A stretch of DNA of 64,000 nucleotides from Laetmonice hystrix (Eukaryota). Shown here piece after piece: positions 63,176-64,000 of this stretch. The stretch's first letter is position 1, and every line of letters begins with the position of its first letter. Below the pieces are notes generated by a model. It saw only the letters and a list, made by a program, of their open reading frames with translations, was not told the origin of the DNA and made no database searches. Made by a program: the position numbers and the translations under genes. The stretch is from NCBI GenBank assembly GCA_965235115.1, contig OZ249436.1, positions 38,752,001 through 38,816,000 of the forward strand, written 5' to 3'.

Positions 63176-64000
63176 AAGTAGTACCTTACCTAAACTAATG
63201 CCAGGCTTAAGGCAGAGGTATGCCTAAATTGAAAGTCTTTGAAAGTCTTCATCTGACTAACTAAAAACAAACAAATGCTTTATTTTCGCCAGAGAAGATT
63301 TTTTTTTTCTTTAAAGAATTGTTTCAGTCAATTAGAGGTTGGAACATCATTTTTGTGGGGTTTAAGCCTTGGAAACACATGTTTATTTTAACTGTTGACT
63401 GAGTAGATTACTCTTATTGTGAGACAGGTAGGAAAACCAAATGGGTGCAGGTAAACCAGAAGTTGGTAGAATCATAGCCTTTCCGTAAAGGTGAAATTAT
63501 TATGCACAATACACCTACAAGAGTGCAGTCTTTATTTTCAAGATATTGAACAAGATGAAAGGCTATTGGTCCTGCTAAATGGCATCTGTTTGTAAAATTA
63601 ACCTTTGCTTTCCCCTATTATATGCAGTTTCACATTTTGTAATCATTGGTTTTGGTGGCCACAGCAAGAAAAGAATCGGGTGGCTGTAACAAAATGTGAG
63701 GCTGCATGGTTCAAGGTTAAGGGTTGCAAGCAGGTTGGCTCTAATTCGTAAGAGCTACTTTTTTCAGAAGAGTCTGCTTGCAGTCCTTTTCTATGTTTTG
63801 ATCCATTAGATACACAGCAAATCCACAGGTAGTGAAGGGTGTGTATCTATGTTACGTTCACTTCCTCAGTGTATGCACTAGTCGATACCTAATATTACTG
63901 TTTAGCAAGGAAAATTGTATTGTTTGATGTAATTATTCATGGAATCCAAATTTAAAGGAATATGTGAATAGGTCAATCTTGAACAGCATACACTGAGAAC

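Overview
Repeat-rich, intron-containing animal (probably invertebrate) genomic DNA, not prokaryotic. Protein-coding content: (1) a tandem array of at least three two-exon METTL7/TMT1-like SAM-dependent methyltransferase genes on + (one partial, two complete at 244 aa); (2) a six-exon RERG/RASL11/RASL12-like Ras-family GTPase on + (268 aa, non-canonical G3, no CAAX); (3) a type II membrane GH31/MYORG-like gene on - (about 782 aa) whose catalytic aspartates appear to be replaced; (4) the first coding exon of a ZFR/Zn72D-like gene on +, head-to-head with the GH31 gene. The rest is densely filled with transposable elements: PIF/Harbinger-type MITEs (TTA/TAA TSDs, some nested, one with a MADF-like remnant), a tRNA-derived SINE with a Deu-like core and a 13-bp TSD, a 5'-truncated CR1-group LINE, a Tc1 transposase relic, and Kolobok-, hAT- and mariner-like MITEs. 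There are also several tandem arrays (32, 37, 40 and 49/54 bp units). I see no CRISPR array and cannot support a wholly new biological system. The best leads are the probable GH31 pseudoenzyme, the diversifying methyltransferase cluster and a 32-bp satellite with an internal inversion. All family assignments come from recalled motifs, not database searches.
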